Source: Candidatus Micrarchaeota archaeon (GTDB lineage Archaea > Micrarchaeota > Micrarchaeia > Anstonellales > Bilamarchaeaceae). From it: a stretch of 64,000 bases of DNA. Below the pieces are notes generated by a model. It ran no database searches. It was given only the letters and a program-made list of their open reading frames with translations, and had not been told where the DNA came from. Each line of letters begins with the position of its first letter. The stretch's first letter is position 1. Positions 17,798 through 28,100 of this stretch are shown here, piece after piece. Location: NCBI GenBank assembly GCA_014727925.1, contig WJMN01000047.1, positions 41,833-105,832 of the forward strand. Direction: 5' to 3'. Position numbers and translations under genes: made by a program.

Positions 17798-19552
17798 ATG
17801 AACAGAAAAGGGTTTTTCTTCATAATCGTGGCGTTCGTCCTTCTTTCCTACATCCTTACATCTACCTATTTCTGGGTGCGGGCAATAGAGATGGAAGAAT
17901 CCAGGTATTCCGAAGCATTCCGCACAAGCTCCATGGAGATGGCGCTTTCCCAGGTAAATGAGGAAAGCGTAGGAGAATATGTGGACATTTCGGCCAGGTA
18001 TGCATTTTACCGCCTAAACCACCATTCTATTGAAAACCCGGTAAGTGTTCCGGGTGGTGTTGATATTGCAAATGAGGATTCCCTGGATGGCTCCGAGCTT
18101 GAGAACGTCCGTCTCGCGATGCGCGAGCTTGTGCTCTCCGGAACAGCACCAGAGGATTATTTTGAAGGGGAACCGCTAGAATATAGCGAAAATGAAAAAC
18201 TGGTCTATTCTCTGGATGGGTGGAAAAATCAGCTGAATGCATCGCTTGCCGCAGCCGGCTTTGAGCTGGTTGAGCTTTCAATAGATGAGGGTTCATTTGA
18301 GTTCAACCAGGTTAACTTCACCCAGTTTGAACTCGTTTTTGAAATGAACATGACCATTGTGGACAGCCAGGCAGGCTCTTCAACTTCCCTCCACCGCACT
18401 TATGATGTGAACCGCACGGTGGATGCAACAGGCATGGTGGATCCCTACATTGCCCGCGAATCCAAAAATCTGGACCTTGAATGGGAAGGAGAGAGCGTGC
18501 TGGTTGGGAAACCGGTATTTATTGCGCCCTACTGGGAAGATGGCTATGAAGCACTCTGCTCAGGAGGGGAAAACGGCCCCTGCTATTACGAGGATGATGG
18601 CTCAGAAGGCCAGGGCTGGTTTTATGGGCCAGTTGTTATGGCTGAGGATGCCTCCACTGTTCCTGAAAATGCAACCGACAATTATATTCTTGCAGGAAAT
18701 TATTCTGCTATAAAAAGCACTCCGGACTGGGATAAGTTCGGCGCATATATACTCACGAGCCCTCCCACCGAAGAGAATTCCGATTGCCCGGGCGAGAATG
18801 ACCAGGATGATACATTCAGCCCTGTTTATTATGATGGGGACTGTGATGCAGAGCTTGATACCGGATCAAACGATTACATCCAGAAGCCCTTCATGGTCTA
18901 TGAAGGGTTTGATATTGGTGATTATGGGGGAGTGGACCTCCAGAGCGGGGACGAGAATGCCCACAAGCTCCTATTTGTTGCAGGGGCAAACCCCTGGGAG
19001 GTAGAAACAGACCCGGAGCTAAAGTTTGAGGGTGTTTCAGTTTACAATATTGAAAATCTTAGGGATTTTGTAATGTGCGGATACTACATGCCGCGCAACA
19101 ACAGCCCCTCCTTTCTCCACCGCATGTTTGACCTGCAGGGAATGTTTAATGACGAGCTCCCTGCCTACGATGGCTGGCCCGAGAGCCCCTGGGGAATTGA
19201 GACCACTGCAGCAGGAAGGTGGGCAGGGGGAAACCTTGTGGCAGATTCCTGGGATGCCTACAGCAGGGTTGATGTTGAGTTCTTTTCAGAGGTGGAGAAT
19301 ACTCCCCAGAACCCGGTGCAGATGATTAAGGGGATGCCCGGGAACAAGAATATTTATATGTGCAACATGGAGTTTGGCTACGACCCGAACCTGGAGCATG
19401 TGGGCCATTTCAGGCTGAGTGACTGGGCCCAGGAAGACAGGGAAGAATACGATGATATTTACTGGATAGAAACTGATGACAGCCCGGATGTACCGGAGAA
19501 CGACAACACAGGTTGTGATAATGATGAGCAGGCAAACTGCGAGCTCGACTAA
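17798..19552 (+). CDS. Large pilin-like/adhesin-like protein B with class III signal peptide
   Basis: MNRKG|FFFIIVAFVLLSYIL N-terminus. 585-aa acidic extracellular domain with N-x-S/T sequons. The TTG at 17786 is an alternative start. Confidence 0.55.
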   Translation: MNRKGFFFIIVAFVLLSYILTSTYFWVRAIEMEESRYSEAFRTSSMEMALSQVNEESVGEYVDISARYAFYRLNHHSIENPVSVPGGVDIANEDSLDGSELENVRLAMRELVLSGTAPEDYFEGEPLEYSENEKLVYSLDGWKNQLNASLAAAGFELVELSIDEGSFEFNQVNFTQFELVFEMNMTIVDSQAGSSTSLHRTYDVNRTVDATGMVDPYIARESKNLDLEWEGESVLVGKPVFIAPYWEDGYEALCSGGENGPCYYEDDGSEGQGWFYGPVVMAEDASTVPENATDNYILAGNYSAIKSTPDWDKFGAYILTSPPTEENSDCPGENDQDDTFSPVYYDGDCDAELDTGSNDYIQKPFMVYEGFDIGDYGGVDLQSGDENAHKLLFVAGANPWEVETDPELKFEGVSVYNIENLRDFVMCGYYMPRNNSPSFLHRMFDLQGMFNDELPAYDGWPESPWGIETTAAGRWAGGNLVADSWDAYSRVDVEFFSEVENTPQNPVQMIKGMPGNKNIYMCNMEFGYDPNLEHVGHFRLSDWAQEDREEYDDIYWIETDDSPDVPENDNTGCDNDEQANCELD

Positions 19553-19988
19553 GAAAGGGCAGGCGGCCACTGAAACAATGGTCACCCTTGGAATGATCCT
19601 TGTTTTCGTGATACCCATACTGCTCCTGCTGCTCGTTGGCGCACAGGCCAGGTTTGAGTCTCTCTCCCATATTCAGGGTGGTTCAGTTATCAGGATAGTT
19701 TCTGATTCCATAAATGAGGTATATATAGAAGGCCCGGGCGCTTCAAAAACAGTTGTGGTTAATTTCCCAAGCAACGCCCGCTATCTCAACGTAACTGAGG
19801 ATGAGGTGGTGATGGGGCTGGATACCCGGAGCGGCCCAACAGATATAGTTTCCCCGTTTTTTGGTGAGCTCAACCAGAGCTCCAGGGGCCTGGTTGCACT
19901 TCCTTCAGGGGATGCACCTTCCGGGCTTTATCCAATAAAGTTTTATGCAGACAGCAGTGGAAATGTGGTGGTTGAGCATGGCGGGTAG
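19521..19988 (+). CDS. Pilin-like protein C with class III signal peptide
   Basis: MMSRQTASSTKKG|QAATETMVTLGMILVFVIPILLLL: KG followed by Q at +1 and Glu at +5, the hallmark of archaeal and type IV prepilins. The start overlaps the end of gene B. Confidence 0.6.
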   Translation: MMSRQTASSTKKGQAATETMVTLGMILVFVIPILLLLLVGAQARFESLSHIQGGSVIRIVSDSINEVYIEGPGASKTVVVNFPSNARYLNVTEDEVVMGLDTRSGPTDIVSPFFGELNQSSRGLVALPSGDAPSGLYPIKFYADSSGNVVVEHGG

Positions 19989-20523
19989 CAGAAAAGGCCA
20001 GATTGCAATTGAGTTCCTGATGTATTCAGGGCTTTTCCTGATAATTGCAATCGGCGCATATGTCCTTACTTCTTTTACAGAAAGAGGGGAGGTAAGCCTC
20101 AGGGAATCACAGCTGCTTGATGCATTCGGCTACAAGTTCGCTTCTGCGCCCACAATTGCCTACAAAGGAGGCGAGGGATTTACCTATGATATCTCTTTTG
20201 CAAAAAAGCTTGACAACCGCCCCTACAATGTTACCTATGCCTGCACAGGAGGCGACTCCAGGAGCTGCTATGTGCAGATTGCCTGGAGGGGCACTTACCA
20301 GGAATTCACCTACCCCTACGTGATTGCACCTGCCTTGTACAAGAAAGGGGAAGGTGCAGGGGATTCAGCTTGCATTGAGGATATAAGCTCAAGCAGCTCT
20401 GTTGACCTTGCTCTCAGGGTGGATTCTGAGTATTCAGATGGGCACCTTATATTCCGCAACACGGGAATCAAGCCAGGAGACGAATATCCCACAGTTGAAC
20501 TATATTGCGAGGTGGATGAGTAA
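19978..20523 (+). CDS. Pilin-like protein D with class III signal peptide
   Basis: MAGSRKG|QIAIEFLMYSGLFLIIAIGAYVL: RKGQ with Glu at +5 (same pattern as Methanococcus EppA-type pilins). Overlaps gene C by 11 nt. Confidence 0.65.
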   Translation: MAGSRKGQIAIEFLMYSGLFLIIAIGAYVLTSFTERGEVSLRESQLLDAFGYKFASAPTIAYKGGEGFTYDISFAKKLDNRPYNVTYACTGGDSRSCYVQIAWRGTYQEFTYPYVIAPALYKKGEGAGDSACIEDISSSSSVDLALRVDSEYSDGHLIFRNTGIKPGDEYPTVELYCEVDE

Positions 20524-20981
20524 TGAAGGGCCAGTATTTCAGTTTTGATGCAATAATCGGCGCATCCATATTCATCCTCACCCTTGTTGCAATCTTTTCT
20601 TACTGGTATGGGGTGAGCAATTCAATTGAGCAGCAGCAGTCAGCCCTTGCAACAGAGGCAATCCGCATAGCGGATATCCTTTATTCACCAACCGAAGTCC
20701 CTTATGGGGTAACTGTAAACTGGAGCAACAAGCACCTATATGTTCCCAAAGTGGAAGCTCTCTGTGATGAAGAGGCCCCTCCCTCAGATGTGCTGGGCTC
20801 TGAGTATGCGGTTTCAATTGATTTCAACACCCGTGGGGACAATATTTGTACCTGGGGAGAACAGTCCATAAATTCAAATGAGATTTACAGGATGCGCAGG
20901 GCAGGTTCTTACTTAGATGAAGATGGCACAACCAGACTGGGCTATGTGGATATCTTTGTTTATAACCCCTATTCAAACTAA
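20523..20981 (+). CDS. Pilin-like protein E with class III signal peptide
   Basis: MKG|QYFSFDAIIGASIFILTLVAIF: KGQ with Asp at +6. Overlaps gene D by taATGa. Confidence 0.6.
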   Translation: MKGQYFSFDAIIGASIFILTLVAIFSYWYGVSNSIEQQQSALATEAIRIADILYSPTEVPYGVTVNWSNKHLYVPKVEALCDEEAPPSDVLGSEYAVSIDFNTRGDNICTWGEQSINSNEIYRMRRAGSYLDEDGTTRLGYVDIFVYNPYSN

Positions 20982-22294
20982 ACAGGCTCTCCAAACAGGC
21001 TCCCATGGTTATATCCAATTATTTTTGCCTTTACCCATTCTCCGATTTTTACATCAGAATCTATGCATACCTGCTTGTAATTGCCCATTCTGCCTGTAGG
21101 TGTTTTCTGCATCTCGGTTATGAGCACGTCCACTGTTTTCCCGAGGTAGCCGGAGTTCCGCCTTTCTCCAAGAATGTGGACCAGCCTGCTCATCTCGGTG
21201 CTCCTCCCCTTTATTTCAGCAGTATCTATTTTTTTCATCCTGCTTGCTTCTGTTCCCCTCCTGGAGGAGAATTTTGAAATGTTCACTATGTCCGGCTCCA
21301 CTCTTTCCAGCAGTTTTTTGCTCTGCTCAAAGTCTTCTACTGTTTCAGTAGGGTAGCCCACAATAATGTCTGTGGATATTGTTGCATCCGGAAACCCTTC
21401 CCTTACTGCGGACACAACTTCTTCAAAATCCTTTACGCTGTGCGCACGGTTCATGCTTTCCCGCACTCTCTCGCTCCCGGTCTGCACAGGAACATGGAGG
21501 AACCTGTAAAATTTCGGGTGCTCCATTATTTCCAGCAGTTCAGGCAGGAATCTTTTTGCATGGCCGGGATTTACCATCCCCAGCCTTATTCTGAAGTCCC
21601 CTTCCACCTCCAGCATTTCTCTAAGGAGTTCAGGCAGCCCTGAACCGATGTCCAGCCCATAAGCTCCGGTGTCCTGCCCGGTTACCTGTATCTCTCTTGC
21701 GCCTTGTTCAACCCCCACCTCAACCCATCTTTTTATAGTCGTTGGGCTCCTGCTGCTCAGTCTCGGCCTGGCTATCTTTGTCTGGCAGAAGCTGCAGTTT
21801 CCCACACACCCATCCTGCGCCGGAATCCTCAGTATTGGCGCAGTGTATTTCCTGGGAAGCAGGCCCTTGTTTTCACCCCCCTCAAAAATTTTATTTTCCC
21901 CCCTTTTTGCGCATTCCACTGCTTCCACTATGCTCGAGAGGGCGTCGGGCATTATTATTGGCGCGTTTGGGCAGGCCCTTGCCACCCTTTTCCTGTTCGG
22001 GCCCATTCCCAGGCATCCTGCAACAACAAGTTTCTTTCCCTCCCCGTGCAGCTGTGAAAGCCGGTAGATGATTTTGTTTTCTGTTGTTTCCTTTACTGCG
22101 CAGGTATTCAGAATAAAAATGTCTGCGTCCGGGAGTGGGGAAGAGTTCGTGCTTTTCCCCCCGCCTCCCGGAATGCCCATATCCTTGAGTACTCGGTAGC
22201 CCGCCTCCTCCAGGATCCCCTCTATTATATCACTGTCCCCGTGGTTTAGCGTGCATCCGTAGGTTTCAATCCAGACTGTTTCCATCACGCTCAC
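20978..22294 (-). CDS. Radical-SAM methylthiotransferase, MiaB/MtaB (CDKAL1-like) family
   Basis: N-terminal MTTase domain (YGCTLN...NTCAV...AGC), radical SAM CxxxCxxC (GNCSFCQ), C-terminal TRAM-like region. Confidence 0.8.
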   Translation of the reverse strand: MSVMETVWIETYGCTLNHGDSDIIEGILEEAGYRVLKDMGIPGGGGKSTNSSPLPDADIFILNTCAVKETTENKIIYRLSQLHGEGKKLVVAGCLGMGPNRKRVARACPNAPIIMPDALSSIVEAVECAKRGENKIFEGGENKGLLPRKYTAPILRIPAQDGCVGNCSFCQTKIARPRLSSRSPTTIKRWVEVGVEQGAREIQVTGQDTGAYGLDIGSGLPELLREMLEVEGDFRIRLGMVNPGHAKRFLPELLEIMEHPKFYRFLHVPVQTGSERVRESMNRAHSVKDFEEVVSAVREGFPDATISTDIIVGYPTETVEDFEQSKKLLERVEPDIVNISKFSSRRGTEASRMKKIDTAEIKGRSTEMSRLVHILGERRNSGYLGKTVDVLITEMQKTPTGRMGNYKQVCIDSDVKIGEWVKAKIIGYNHGSLFGEPV

Positions 22295-22295
22295 A

Positions 22296-23729
22296 CTACT
22301 TCTTGGAAGAGGGAATTACCAGCTCAAGCTTGGTGGGCTTTTTGCTTACGTTCCCCATTTTTCCTCCCACAAGGACTTTCACTCCCTTGCTTTCTGCAAG
22401 GTCAACCAGCCTCTGGGTTACAATTCCGTCAAAGACGATGGCATGGATTCCCTTAAATTCTTCTAGGGATTTTATCACTTCCCTCACCGGAAGCTCCTTC
22501 ATCATATTGTAATCCTCATCATAGAATCTTGCCTTGAGGGTTTTGGAAAGCTCCTTGAGCTCGTTTTCCAGCTCCTCCTTGGAAAGCTTCTTTTTTTCCT
22601 GCACAGAGGATGCGGCTGCCTCCTTTTCTCCTGTTTTTTCCTCAATCTTCCTCTCCTCTCCTTTCTCTTTTTCCCTGGAAGGTGTTGCTTCATCTTTTCC
22701 CCGTTTTTCCTCTCCTTCTTTGACCGAAGCCTTCATTTTTGCAGCCTCCCTCTCAACTTTTTCAAGGATACTCTCCCTCCTCTTCCTTCTTCCTCCTCCG
22801 GAGGAGAGGCGCTCACTCGGCTGGGGCTGCTGCGGCGCTTTTTGCTCAGGCACATTCATTACAGTATTCCTGTGCGAGGGGATTGGCGAAGAGCCCTTTG
22901 CTTCCTGTTCAAAAGGAACCTTGTTTTTCAGGCATTTCATCACTTCCTTTCTTGTAAGCTCTTCTACTTCCTTTCCTGCAGGCGCCCTTGCAAGGAAGTC
23001 TATGTCTGCACCCGCATTTATCAGCTCACGCAGTATCATGTCTCCTCCGCGGTCGCCATCAAGGAATACCGTAGTTTCCTTTTCCTTTGTGAGCTTTTCT
23101 ATTGTCGGTGGCACTTTTGCCCCCCCTATCCCTACTACGCTGGAGAGGTCTTTCTTCAGGAGGTTTACCACATCTGCCCTTCCTTCAACAAGGATTATCT
23201 CCTCTGCCCTGGATATTCCCGGGCCTGCAGGGAGCCTGTCTTTTCCGTAGGTAGTTATTTCTGCTGCCTTCACTTCTTCCCGCACCATATCCGAGATTTC
23301 CTGGCTTTCGGGAAGCTCAGTGTTTATGAGGTGCCTGAGCAGCCCTTTTGAGCGGGTTATCAGCTGGTCCCGCTTTATGTTGCGGGTATCCTCTATGTTG
23401 CTCGTTTTGATGTTTGCCTCACAGGGCCCAACCCTTTCTACTGTTTCAATCGCTGCTGCAATTATGCAGGTTTCAACCATATCCAGTGAGCTGGGGATTT
23501 TTATTACTCCCCTGGTCTTTCCGCCTTTTGGCTTCAGGTCAACTTCTATTCTCCCTATTCTCCCATTTTTCTGGAGGTCCCTCAGGTCAAGTTCTTCTCC
23601 GAGGAGGCCCTCCGTCTGCCCGAATATTGCTCCCACAACATCTGGCTTATCCACTATTCCATCAACATTTACGTCTGCATAAATGAGGTATTTTACTGTA
23701 TCTATGTATGTTTTTGCCATAATATTCAC
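22296..23729 (-). CDS. dnaG: Archaeal DNA primase DnaG (Toprim domain; exosome-associated)
   Basis: N-terminal MAKTYIDTVKYLIYADVNVDG..DVVGAIFGQTEGLLG typical of archaeal DnaG. Toprim segment ILVEGRADVVNL. Contains a Lys/Glu-rich low-complexity insertion. Confidence 0.85.
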   Translation of the reverse strand: MNIMAKTYIDTVKYLIYADVNVDGIVDKPDVVGAIFGQTEGLLGEELDLRDLQKNGRIGRIEVDLKPKGGKTRGVIKIPSSLDMVETCIIAAAIETVERVGPCEANIKTSNIEDTRNIKRDQLITRSKGLLRHLINTELPESQEISDMVREEVKAAEITTYGKDRLPAGPGISRAEEIILVEGRADVVNLLKKDLSSVVGIGGAKVPPTIEKLTKEKETTVFLDGDRGGDMILRELINAGADIDFLARAPAGKEVEELTRKEVMKCLKNKVPFEQEAKGSSPIPSHRNTVMNVPEQKAPQQPQPSERLSSGGGRRKRRESILEKVEREAAKMKASVKEGEEKRGKDEATPSREKEKGEERKIEEKTGEKEAAASSVQEKKKLSKEELENELKELSKTLKARFYDEDYNMMKELPVREVIKSLEEFKGIHAIVFDGIVTQRLVDLAESKGVKVLVGGKMGNVSKKPTKLELVIPSSKK

Positions 23730-24164
23730 CTAATTTTCTTTTAATTCTTCTAATTTTTCCGTATATTTTTTTCCAAAGTTTTCAATGTGCGTAAGCCGGA
23801 GTATTGCCATCAGCCGCTTTCTTGTTTCAAGGTCTGCCTTTATGCTGTTTGCCTCAAGCTCCCCCTTAGTAATCACTGCCAGTTCCTCACCCGCACTGTC
23901 CCTGTCCATTAATACTATTGCTTCTCCCCCTGCCTTTCCTCTGCAGTTGCTGAATATTTCTGAAGCCCTCCTGCAGGCGGTTTCCAGCCTGCCTGCTGCC
24001 TTCAGGATTTTCCCTGATTCCATGTAGGGCTCCAGCGCCCTCTCGTCCTTTTTGCCCTCCACCAGGACAACAGAGTCCCGGAGCCTTTCCATTAGCTTAT
24101 TAAGCTCCTTTTCCTGTGCCTGCTTTTCTGAGTGCGTCAAGGACCTCTTTTTCTTTTCCCTCAA
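23730..24164 (-). CDS. Small Toprim-domain protein
   Basis: VVLVEGKKDERAL ... AIVLMDRDSAGEEL (conserved Glu and DxD of Toprim). The start may be the internal Met at 24092. Confidence 0.5.
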   Translation of the reverse strand: MREKKKRSLTHSEKQAQEKELNKLMERLRDSVVLVEGKKDERALEPYMESGKILKAAGRLETACRRASEIFSNCRGKAGGEAIVLMDRDSAGEELAVITKGELEANSIKADLETRKRLMAILRLTHIENFGKKYTEKLEELKEN

Positions 24165-24363
24165 TCTCCAGCACCTTCTTTCTTGCCGTTGCCCCGGAAA
24201 TGAGCCGGACCCCCTTTCCCAGGAGTTTTTCCAGCCCCTTTATTACTGCAGCATTTGCCTTGTTTCCCTCTGCCTTCTCTTTCACGTATATTTTCCATCC
24301 GCCGCTGTTGCTGCTTATCCTGAATTTTCCGGCATTTGGCACCACTCTTACGCATATTTTCAT
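24100..24363 (-). CDS. DUF167/UPF0235 (YggU-like) protein
   Basis: MKICVRVVPNAGKF...KANAAVIKGLEKLLGKGVRLISGATARKKVLEIEG matches the YggU family signature. The ORF-track N-extension (to 24447) was trimmed to the internal Met. Confidence 0.65.
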   Translation of the reverse strand: MKICVRVVPNAGKFRISSNSGGWKIYVKEKAEGNKANAAVIKGLEKLLGKGVRLISGATARKKVLEIEGKEKEVLDALRKAGTGKGA

Positions 24364-24507
24364 ATCTTCACGTGCTGAGGGTTCGGAGAAGCTGCCGCTG
24401 CAAAATGAGTAGGAGTATGAGCTGTGCACTGTTGACGCAACGGTCATCGCTTGAAGCTACCGCGGCCATCCTGTGCACAGCGTGAGCATATTGCATCCGC
24501 CGCCCCT

Positions 24508-24540
24508 TCAAAACCAAAACAGGGCAGCTGGCTGCCATTC
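24508..24540 (-). terminator. Hairpin plus oligo-T terminator downstream of the CBS gene
   Basis: Perfect palindrome GGCAGCTGGCTGCC (24523-24536) lies immediately after the CBS stop codon. On the minus strand it is followed by GTTTTGGTTTTG. Confidence 0.4.
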
Positions 24541-24543
24541 TTT

Positions 24544-24972
24544 TCAAACCAGGCCTGCTTCGGCCCTTTCTTCTAGCAGGTCAACAATTGAGGGGAAAAC
24601 ACCCATTATGTCCCCCTCGCTTATCATTCCCACCAACCGGTTGTCTTCACCAACCACGGGAAATCTCTTGAGCCCGTGTTTCCGCATCATGCTTGCAGCC
24701 TCTTCAAGTTTTGTCGCGGGCCGCACAACCTTGAGCGGTGAACTCATTACTTTTTCCGCATTGATTTTTGAAGCATCTGCACCCTCTGCCACGATTTTAT
24801 GTATTATGTCTTTCTCGGTGATAATCCCTTCGGCTTTCTCGTTTTTTGCAACCACTATGGAACCAACATCGTGGGACTTCATGAGCTTTGCAACTTCAGT
24901 AACAGGTGCTGTTTCTTCTATGGAAATAACATCTTTTTTCATTATGTCTCCTACTCGTATTTCCGAACCCAT
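24544..24972 (-). CDS. CBS domain pair protein
   Basis: Two CBS repeats (VGDIMKKDVISIE...VGSIVV; KVMSSPLKVV...VGMISEGDI). Confidence 0.85.
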   Translation of the reverse strand: MGSEIRVGDIMKKDVISIEETAPVTEVAKLMKSHDVGSIVVAKNEKAEGIITEKDIIHKIVAEGADASKINAEKVMSSPLKVVRPATKLEEAASMMRKHGLKRFPVVGEDNRLVGMISEGDIMGVFPSIVDLLEERAEAGLV

Positions 24973-25112
24973 GCTGTTTTTATTGCTGGAAAGGTTTTAA
25001 AACCAAAACCTCTCTGCTGTTTTCTATGGTAATTTATGTGCATAAAGCCTTTTAAATCCTCCATTTCCCTCATACTCCCACATCTTCTCCCACCTCGCCC
25101 ACCACACCAAGG

Positions 25113-25127
25113 AAATGTTTATAATGC
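25113..25127 (+). promoter_or_regulatory. TATA box (TTTATAAT) for the large surface-protein gene, leaderless arrangement
   Basis: TTTATAAT at 25118-25125, 24 nt upstream of the ATG at 25149. Confidence 0.5.
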
Positions 25128-25148
25128 TTATTTTAATTATTACTCCTA

Positions 25149-28100
25149 ATGTCTTCCCATTCAAAAAAAGGTTCCTTCAGCTTCAGGCGTTTTGATGAGC
25201 TGACGGTCCTGCTTGCAGTTTTCTTTTTCATCTTTGGATGCATAATCATCCCGGAGCCACCTATACCTGTGGAGCTCAACAAGTTCTCTGACCTCTCTAC
25301 AAGCAAGGAGCTGCAATTTGAGTCCCCCCCGGAGTCCCAGAGTTTCCACCTCAATATCTCCAGATACGCCACAGTGGGAAATTCTTCCATTCCTGCAGAG
25401 GGCAATCCAGGCGTAGTGCAGAATTTCAGCATGCGCATCTGCCCGATTGAGCATATGGGCTCCAATGTATCTAACCTGACTATGCACTGGCCCGGGGGAG
25501 AATCCTACATGTTTTACCCCGGAACCCTGGATTCCTGCGAGGAGGTTTCAATAAACGCATCAGGATTCAATAGCTATCTTTCTGTGCACCAGGCGCCCAC
25601 CATAACAGGGATGCTTTCAAAAATATCTTCGGGTGAGAATGTTTCAATGGAATGGGGAATAAGCATGAAGAACCCCAAGATGAAGGATGTGGATGACCCG
25701 GTAACATATCAATTTATGATAATAGAGCCATCTATTCCCGAGAATTTGATTGAGCAGCTGATTGCAGCTACCGGGACCGCACTTCCACCAGGGTTTGACC
25801 TGCTCACCGATGCCCGCCTTTCAGGAGTGTCCTATACATGCTATGGCTGGGATCAGGTTAGGGAGACCACTTCCCCTTCAGCAGCATACCCTATACAGGT
25901 TTCAGTTCCGGGAATGAACCTGAGTGCGCTTATACCCGACCTTACAATTCCCAATGGGACGGTTGTGATGAATGCTTCTGTTTTTGAGATGGACTGCCCT
26001 GCATACGGCACCCCGGGAAAATACCGCTCAGAAGTCCGCAGGCTCCAGTTGAATCTGAACAATTATACAGGCCCTGTGCCCAGCGCTTCATTTTCAGATG
26101 ATTTTAACAGCCCTTCTCTGAACCCTGCATGGGTATTTGAATATGCGGGAACCCCTTCTGTCCTCGGATGGTATGTTGACAACAGCACACAGAGCACAGT
26201 TGAGCTTTATTCAGAAGGCAACGCTTCTGGCTCATCTGCATATTATTACCGCAACCACACCATTGATTCCAGCGGAGGTGCATTTGTGCTTGAAGCAAAT
26301 ATCTCCACTGCAGGAGAACCGCCAATAAATATGTCCATGCCACTCCCAGAGGGCGCAGGAATGGTTGCATTCACAACCAACCATTCTTACCCTGGCCCCA
26401 TGGCATCCGCAGGCACCCAGCTACGCAGCTTCATAGCCTTTGGAAATAATGCAACTCTCATCGGGTGCCCGGATGGGACCAGGGCATCCATTATCCCCAC
26501 TTCTTCAGGCTACCACACGTTCAGGATAAACATCACAAATGACACTGCAACATATGCTGTGGATGGTGCGCAGGTTTTCCAATGCACAAACCATACCTCC
26601 GCGGAACTCTACCCAATGTTTTCATCTGATTTCCTCACTGATGGGTTTATGGGCAATATTTCAGTTGACTGGATAAACATAACAGCTTACTCTGGCGGCC
26701 CTGGCACATGGTCTGAGGAATGGTCTGAATTTGACCATTTTGATTCCCCACTGGATACTGGCAAGTGGCTTATGCGCAATGTATCTGTGCCTAAACAGAT
26801 ACCATATTATTCCTACCAGCCGTCCCTGAGCAAAATTGACCTCTACTCATACAATACAGATGAAAACGATAACAGCACAGGCATATTAATGTACTATAAT
26901 GAGTCCTTTGCCCCGCCCACAAGCAACGAATCAGGAATTTATTTTACCACATCAGTTTATTTTAATGAATCAAACCCTGCTGCAGCCCCAGGATTCATGT
27001 TTATGAATGATACTGTGTCTCCTGCCGGATTCAGTGAACTGGAAGACAATTACCGGGGAGGGATAATCTACTCAAATGGCTATATTGTGCTGACCTGCCC
27101 CAACACCTCAAAAACTTATGCTGCCAACCTTAGCCAGCTCTCCTACATTATGGGCTGGGGAGAACCCACCGGATGGCACCAGCTGGGTTACTATTCCACG
27201 AATGATACTACTGCATTCTTTTATGATGATATGCCCATGCCCCTGAATTGTTCCCCACATAATGAAAGCGTTTATATTGCTATCACATCTGACCCCACAA
27301 CAGATCTCACAGAAGGCAATGGTTCAGTGCGCTGGTTTGAGGCATACAGTGTTGAATACGAAGAAAACTATTATGGGGAGAAGTGGTTTGATCTTGGTCT
27401 CCTCTCATATATGGGATACATAAACAGGAGCATGTATTCTGATGTTATTGTTTTTGATGCGGACTCAGAAGGCAATTATTATGACAGGGAATTTGAGTTT
27501 GAAGTCACCTCAGATACGCCCGGCCGCCTCCAGATGGATGCCCTCAATATAACATATGGTTCCTTGATTTCATATGGCCCGGGGGGCACAGCACCCACAA
27601 CCACACTGGACCCGGATTCGGATTTCTCCTGGTTTGCGATAAACTCTGAAATAGATAATTCCCACATGCGCCTAAATTCCTTTGCCTACAACTCTACCCT
27701 TACTGATTCTGAGCTTATAATGGCAAGGGCAGACTGCGTGAATATTACAGATTCCAGGCTCCTGTTCTCTGGTGCAGTTTACAATACAGAAGAGAAGCAC
27801 CTAGGTGAGCTGGGGGGGCTACTCGAAGACCTGAACATGACTTCCTGTGATGGAGTAGTAGAAAATTCCGAACTGGAATTTGTTTTCCTTATAGGCGGGA
27901 ATGCATTCAATTCTGAACTCAAGACGCTTCCCGCCATAATTGCAACTGATTTCTATGATGCAACGATGGACAACCTCACCCTTTACAGGGGCAGGATGGT
28001 GATAAACGGGACCCGTGCCCCGGACATGTTCCAGGATGAGCTTGACCTGGGAGATTTTATGGGAATCGGGCTTTCAACCTTTGAGGACAACACCACCCTT

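Noticed and set aside
22534-23351. Antisense ORFs inside dnaG (238 aa and 169 aa) and many other 60-190-aa ORFs in the track (for example 45..377, 583..942, 13363..14064, 39083..39700, 51056..51610, 58140..58814)
   Set aside because: They lie entirely within, and antisense or out of frame to, strongly supported genes. They are low-complexity Ser/Pro/Leu-rich and lack motifs, which is typical of spurious frames in medium-to-high GC DNA.
24448-24543. Possible tRNA or small RNA in the 96-nt gap between DUF167 and CBS genes
   Set aside because: No cloverleaf-compatible pairing or T-loop (GTTCRANYC) sequence. The only structure is the GGCAGCTGGCTGCC hairpin, which is better explained as a terminator.
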